A stretch of DNA of 29,953 bases from an uncultured Bdellovibrionales bacterium (GTDB taxonomy: Bacteria > Patescibacteriota > Minisyncoccia > Moranbacterales > UBA1568), in the NCBI GenBank assembly GCA_964531045.1, contig CAZHDL010000001.1, forward strand, positions 3,828 to 33,780, in the 5' to 3' direction. The notes below the pieces were generated by a model that saw only the letters and a program-made list of their open reading frames with translations, was not told the origin of the DNA and ran no database searches. A program made the position numbers and the translations under genes. Shown here in pieces: positions 27,119 to 29,953 of this stretch; the stretch's first letter is position 1, and the number at the start of each line of letters is the position of its first letter.

Positions 27119-27892
27119 GTGGAGAAAAAAAGAAAAAGAAGGCTCCATTCAGAGCTTATTTCCGAGACAAAATCGTTTATGGGAGCCGGGGAAAATCAAG
27201 ATATTTTTGCCCCTGAAAAAAAGGAAAACTTCATTCAGAAAATCAGGGGGAGAAAAAGTATAATTATTGCGGTGATACTCATGCTTCTTTTGGGGGCAGG
27301 GGGGTATGTTTTTTTTGCGAGAACTTTCGATTCAACTACAACTGATGTGACTCCGCTGCCGGAGTCCTTACCGGGACAAAAATCTTCCGTTCTGAAGGAG
27401 ACGGAGACAACCGTGGTGGAAAATCAAATTCCGCTGTTTGGTGATACGAATTACCAGAGTGAAAATTTTCGCGTGGGGGATATTTCTATTGGTGGTGAGG
27501 CAGAATTTTTACTGTCTGAGGATAGTCCGGAGCCGCTTGAGGTCAGCTCGATTCGGGGCGAGGCCTTTACGGAAAAGAATAAGCAGGAAGTGAAGCTCGT
27601 AGTGAGCTGGCGTACCAATAAGTTGGCCAAGTCGGTTATCTCGTACTCGAAGGGTGTTGGTCAAGCCAAGAAGAGCATAACAGAGGAGGATTACAGTCTC
27701 AATCACAGCGTGATCATCCCAGGGCTTGATCAAGCCTCGACGTATGTCTATGACATTGTGAGCAGCGATCGTTTTGGCAATGAAATTGTAAGTGAATCTC
27801 ATGCTGTGTATACCGGTTCTCGAACGGTTTCTTTGTTTGATCTGATTGCCAATGCTGTGGGAGACGTTTTTGGGTGGGCAGTAAAAAAATAA
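27119..27892 (+). CDS. Single-TM protein with a C-terminal fibronectin-III-like domain
   Basis: TM IIIAVILMLLLGAGGYVFF; VVSWRTNKLAKSVISY...HSVIIPGLDQASTYVYDIVSSDRFGN; extended -10 TGGTATATT at 27106-27114. Confidence 0.8.
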   Translation: MEKKRKRRLHSELISETKSFMGAGENQDIFAPEKKENFIQKIRGRKSIIIAVILMLLLGAGGYVFFARTFDSTTTDVTPLPESLPGQKSSVLKETETTVVENQIPLFGDTNYQSENFRVGDISIGGEAEFLLSEDSPEPLEVSSIRGEAFTEKNKQEVKLVVSWRTNKLAKSVISYSKGVGQAKKSITEEDYSLNHSVIIPGLDQASTYVYDIVSSDRFGNEIVSESHAVYTGSRTVSLFDLIANAVGDVFGWAVKK

Positions 27893-28053
27893 GAAAAACG
27901 ACAACTGGTTGTATGAAAAATATATGGAAAAAAAGAGACATGATACGAACAAGAAAGAAAAAGAGAAATTTGCTTTTGATGTGAGGAGAAGAAGTATTTC
28001 TGGTATAGAGGAAAGTGTGGTAAAATAAATGAGATATTGGGTGTAAAAAGTAC

Positions 28054-29953
28054 ATGCCGTTATATGTAAAAAATAAAAATAAAACAGTATATAAATCCTT
28101 GTTATCCGCACTCGCGGTAGGGATGCTCGTGTTGGGGTGGTTTGATCTACGACCCAGTTTTGCGCAGTCTACAACGAATGAAATCGAACAAATTAGCCTT
28201 TCCGCATCGTTGTTTGGAAGTGATGGACGGATTATTACCAATGGCACGTACCCGGTACGGTTTGGTATTTACCGGATAGATCGAGCGGTGGCTGATGCAT
28301 ACCCATCAAACAGCGATGCAGGCAGTCGTATTTGGGAAGAGACACAGGAGGTGACAGTCAAGGGTGGTATGTTCCGGGTATTCCTCGGATCGGTAACAGC
28401 ACTTCCGGCAACGCTGAATTTTGAAACCGGGAGTTACTATGTGGGCATCCGGATTGGTACTGATTCGGAAATGGTACCTCGTAAAAAACTGGGCTCAGTG
28501 CCACGAGCTATCAATTCACAGTTTTTGCGAGGAGCGACCACGGGTACAGCCGCGGGCGATATTCCACTGCTTGGTAAGGGGGGAAAAGTGAATATCAAGA
28601 ATCTCCCCACTGGTACGGGCGCAAAGCAGTTGGTATTGGGAAATGACTCACGATTGAGTGATGCGCACCAGCAAAATACCGATACGGGTACGGATGCGGA
28701 TGTTTTCAATATCGGTTCGGGAAGTGCATTGACCGGCACGAATTTTGACCTGACAGTTTCGAGTAGTGCCACGGCGCCGGCGCTGCGTTTTAATGGATCG
28801 ACACAGACTTGGCAATTTTCAAATGATGGTGCGACATTTTCCAATATTTCCAACGGCACCATTGGTGCGATAACGCTTGGTACGGATACTGCCGGGAATT
28901 ATGTGGAGAGCGTGGCAGATGGCAATGGTATTACCGGCGGTGCAGCGGGCAGTGAAGGTGCTGCCCTCACGCTGGGTCTTGATTTGCTTGATTCGGCTGA
29001 TGGTACTGGTGGGACATCATCAAATTCCGGCTTTGAGTTTGCGGGAGCAGGGGCAGATGAGTTGGCATTGCTCCAGGGGTGTGCCAATGGTCAGGCCTTG
29101 GCTTGGAATGATACGACCAATGTGTGGGAATGTACGAGTTTCTCTGCCGGTTTGGGTGGTGCTGGAACAGCTGGGTACGCCACGTTCTGGAGTGGTATTT
29201 CATCACTTGGTTCGGAACAGTATTTGGATGAAGTGCGAGGCGGTACAGGATTGGATGCGTCAGCCGCGAGCAATGGATCACTCCTTATCGGTAATGGGAG
29301 TGGTTTCACCCTCAACACGCTGACTGCTGGAAATGGCATGTCGGTAACGAATGGTGTGGGTCTGGTGACGCTCGCTATCGATGCGACGACCAGCGGTACA
29401 ACTGCTGTAACCTCTTCAAATTCCGGTATCGAATCCACGGCAACGGGTATCCGCATGCTTGGAGGTTGTGCCAACGATCAGGTCTTAGCTTGGAACTCAG
29501 GATCAAGTCTCTGGGTGTGTTCCAATAAGAGCGGTGGTACGAGTGACTGGACCAGTACGGGTGCTCTGACCTATCTGACGGATGTGACCGATGATCTCGT
29601 GATTGGTGGAACAACGACGGGTGAAGGGTTTACGTTTGATGTTTCAGCTGGAACACTTTCTTTCGAGGGGGCAACAGCTGACGGGTTTGAAACGGCGCTG
29701 GCTGTAGCTGATCCAACAGCTGATCGAGTGATTACCTTACCGAATGTGACCGGAACAGTTATTACCAGTGGTAATCTGACGGATATTACTGCTGTCGGAA
29801 CCATTGCCTCCGGTACCTGGAATGGTTCGGTGATGGATGTGGCGTATGGCGGGACGGGGGCATCGTCACTGAATAATCTTATTACTTTGGCGACTCATAC
29901 CACCGGCAACTACGTCCAATCCCTTGCCAATGGCAACGGTATCACCGGTGGGG
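28054..29953 (+). CDS. Giant secreted surface/fibre-like protein, N-terminal part (runs off the window; absent from the ORF track)
   Basis: Manual translation from ATG 28054 is stop-free to the end (>630 aa): signal peptide (...SFA/Q), then RIWEETQEVTVKGGMFRVFLG...YYVGIRIGTDSEMVPRKKLGSVP, then G/T/S/N-rich repeats. Confidence 0.88.
   Translation, partial: MPLYVKNKNKTVYKSLLSALAVGMLVLGWFDLRPSFAQSTTNEIEQISLSASLFGSDGRIITNGTYPVRFGIYRIDRAVADAYPSNSDAGSRIWEETQEVTVKGGMFRVFLGSVTALPATLNFETGSYYVGIRIGTDSEMVPRKKLGSVPRAINSQFLRGATTGTAAGDIPLLGKGGKVNIKNLPTGTGAKQLVLGNDSRLSDAHQQNTDTGTDADVFNIGSGSALTGTNFDLTVSSSATAPALRFNGSTQTWQFSNDGATFSNISNGTIGAITLGTDTAGNYVESVADGNGITGGAAGSEGAALTLGLDLLDSADGTGGTSSNSGFEFAGAGADELALLQGCANGQALAWNDTTNVWECTSFSAGLGGAGTAGYATFWSGISSLGSEQYLDEVRGGTGLDASAASNGSLLIGNGSGFTLNTLTAGNGMSVTNGVGLVTLAIDATTSGTTAVTSSNSGIESTATGIRMLGGCANDQVLAWNSGSSLWVCSNKSGGTSDWTSTGALTYLTDVTDDLVIGGTTTGEGFTFDVSAGTLSFEGATADGFETALAVADPTADRVITLPNVTGTVITSGNLTDITAVGTIASGTWNGSVMDVAYGGTGASSLNNLITLATHTTGNYVQSLANGNGITGG

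Noticed and set aside
27509-29804. Minus-strand and off-frame ORFs over the FN3-like and giant protein genes
   Set aside because: Shadows of the stop-free plus-strand CDSs at 27119-27892 and 28054-end.

Overview
About 30 kb of a bacterial chromosome, most likely Patescibacteria/CPR (Parcubacteria-like). That placement is inferred from gene style: short ATP synthase delta, a Nudix-containing LeuRS, a LamG-repeat protein and a giant secreted protein. The backbone is housekeeping: tatD, an F1Fo operon atpB-E-F-H-A-G-D-C, a DUF4349 protein, leuS, glmS, a DEDDh exonuclease, a PAP2 phosphatase, folD, tRNA-Leu(CAA) and parA-parB. These are followed by a four-helix-bundle gene, a five-domain LamG protein, manC, an FN3-like membrane protein and a giant secreted protein cut off by the window end. 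The most unusual feature is a family of four self-contained antisense mini-cassettes: three in tandem between leuS and glmS, and one inside the atp operon. Each has a sigma70 promoter (TTGAC-17-TAnnnT), a related leader, one or two tiny membrane proteins and a shared terminator. Five of the six cargo proteins share a two-helix Gx6G pattern. The tandem array is bracketed by a perfect 21-bp inverted repeat belonging to a window-wide family of 7-nt-periodic hairpin elements, one of which encloses the four-helix-bundle gene. Also notable are a Nudix domain inserted in LeuRS, an in-frame 26-bp repeat/31-bp spacer duplication in atpB, and a structured atp leader. All calls come from reading the sequence by eye; no searches were run.
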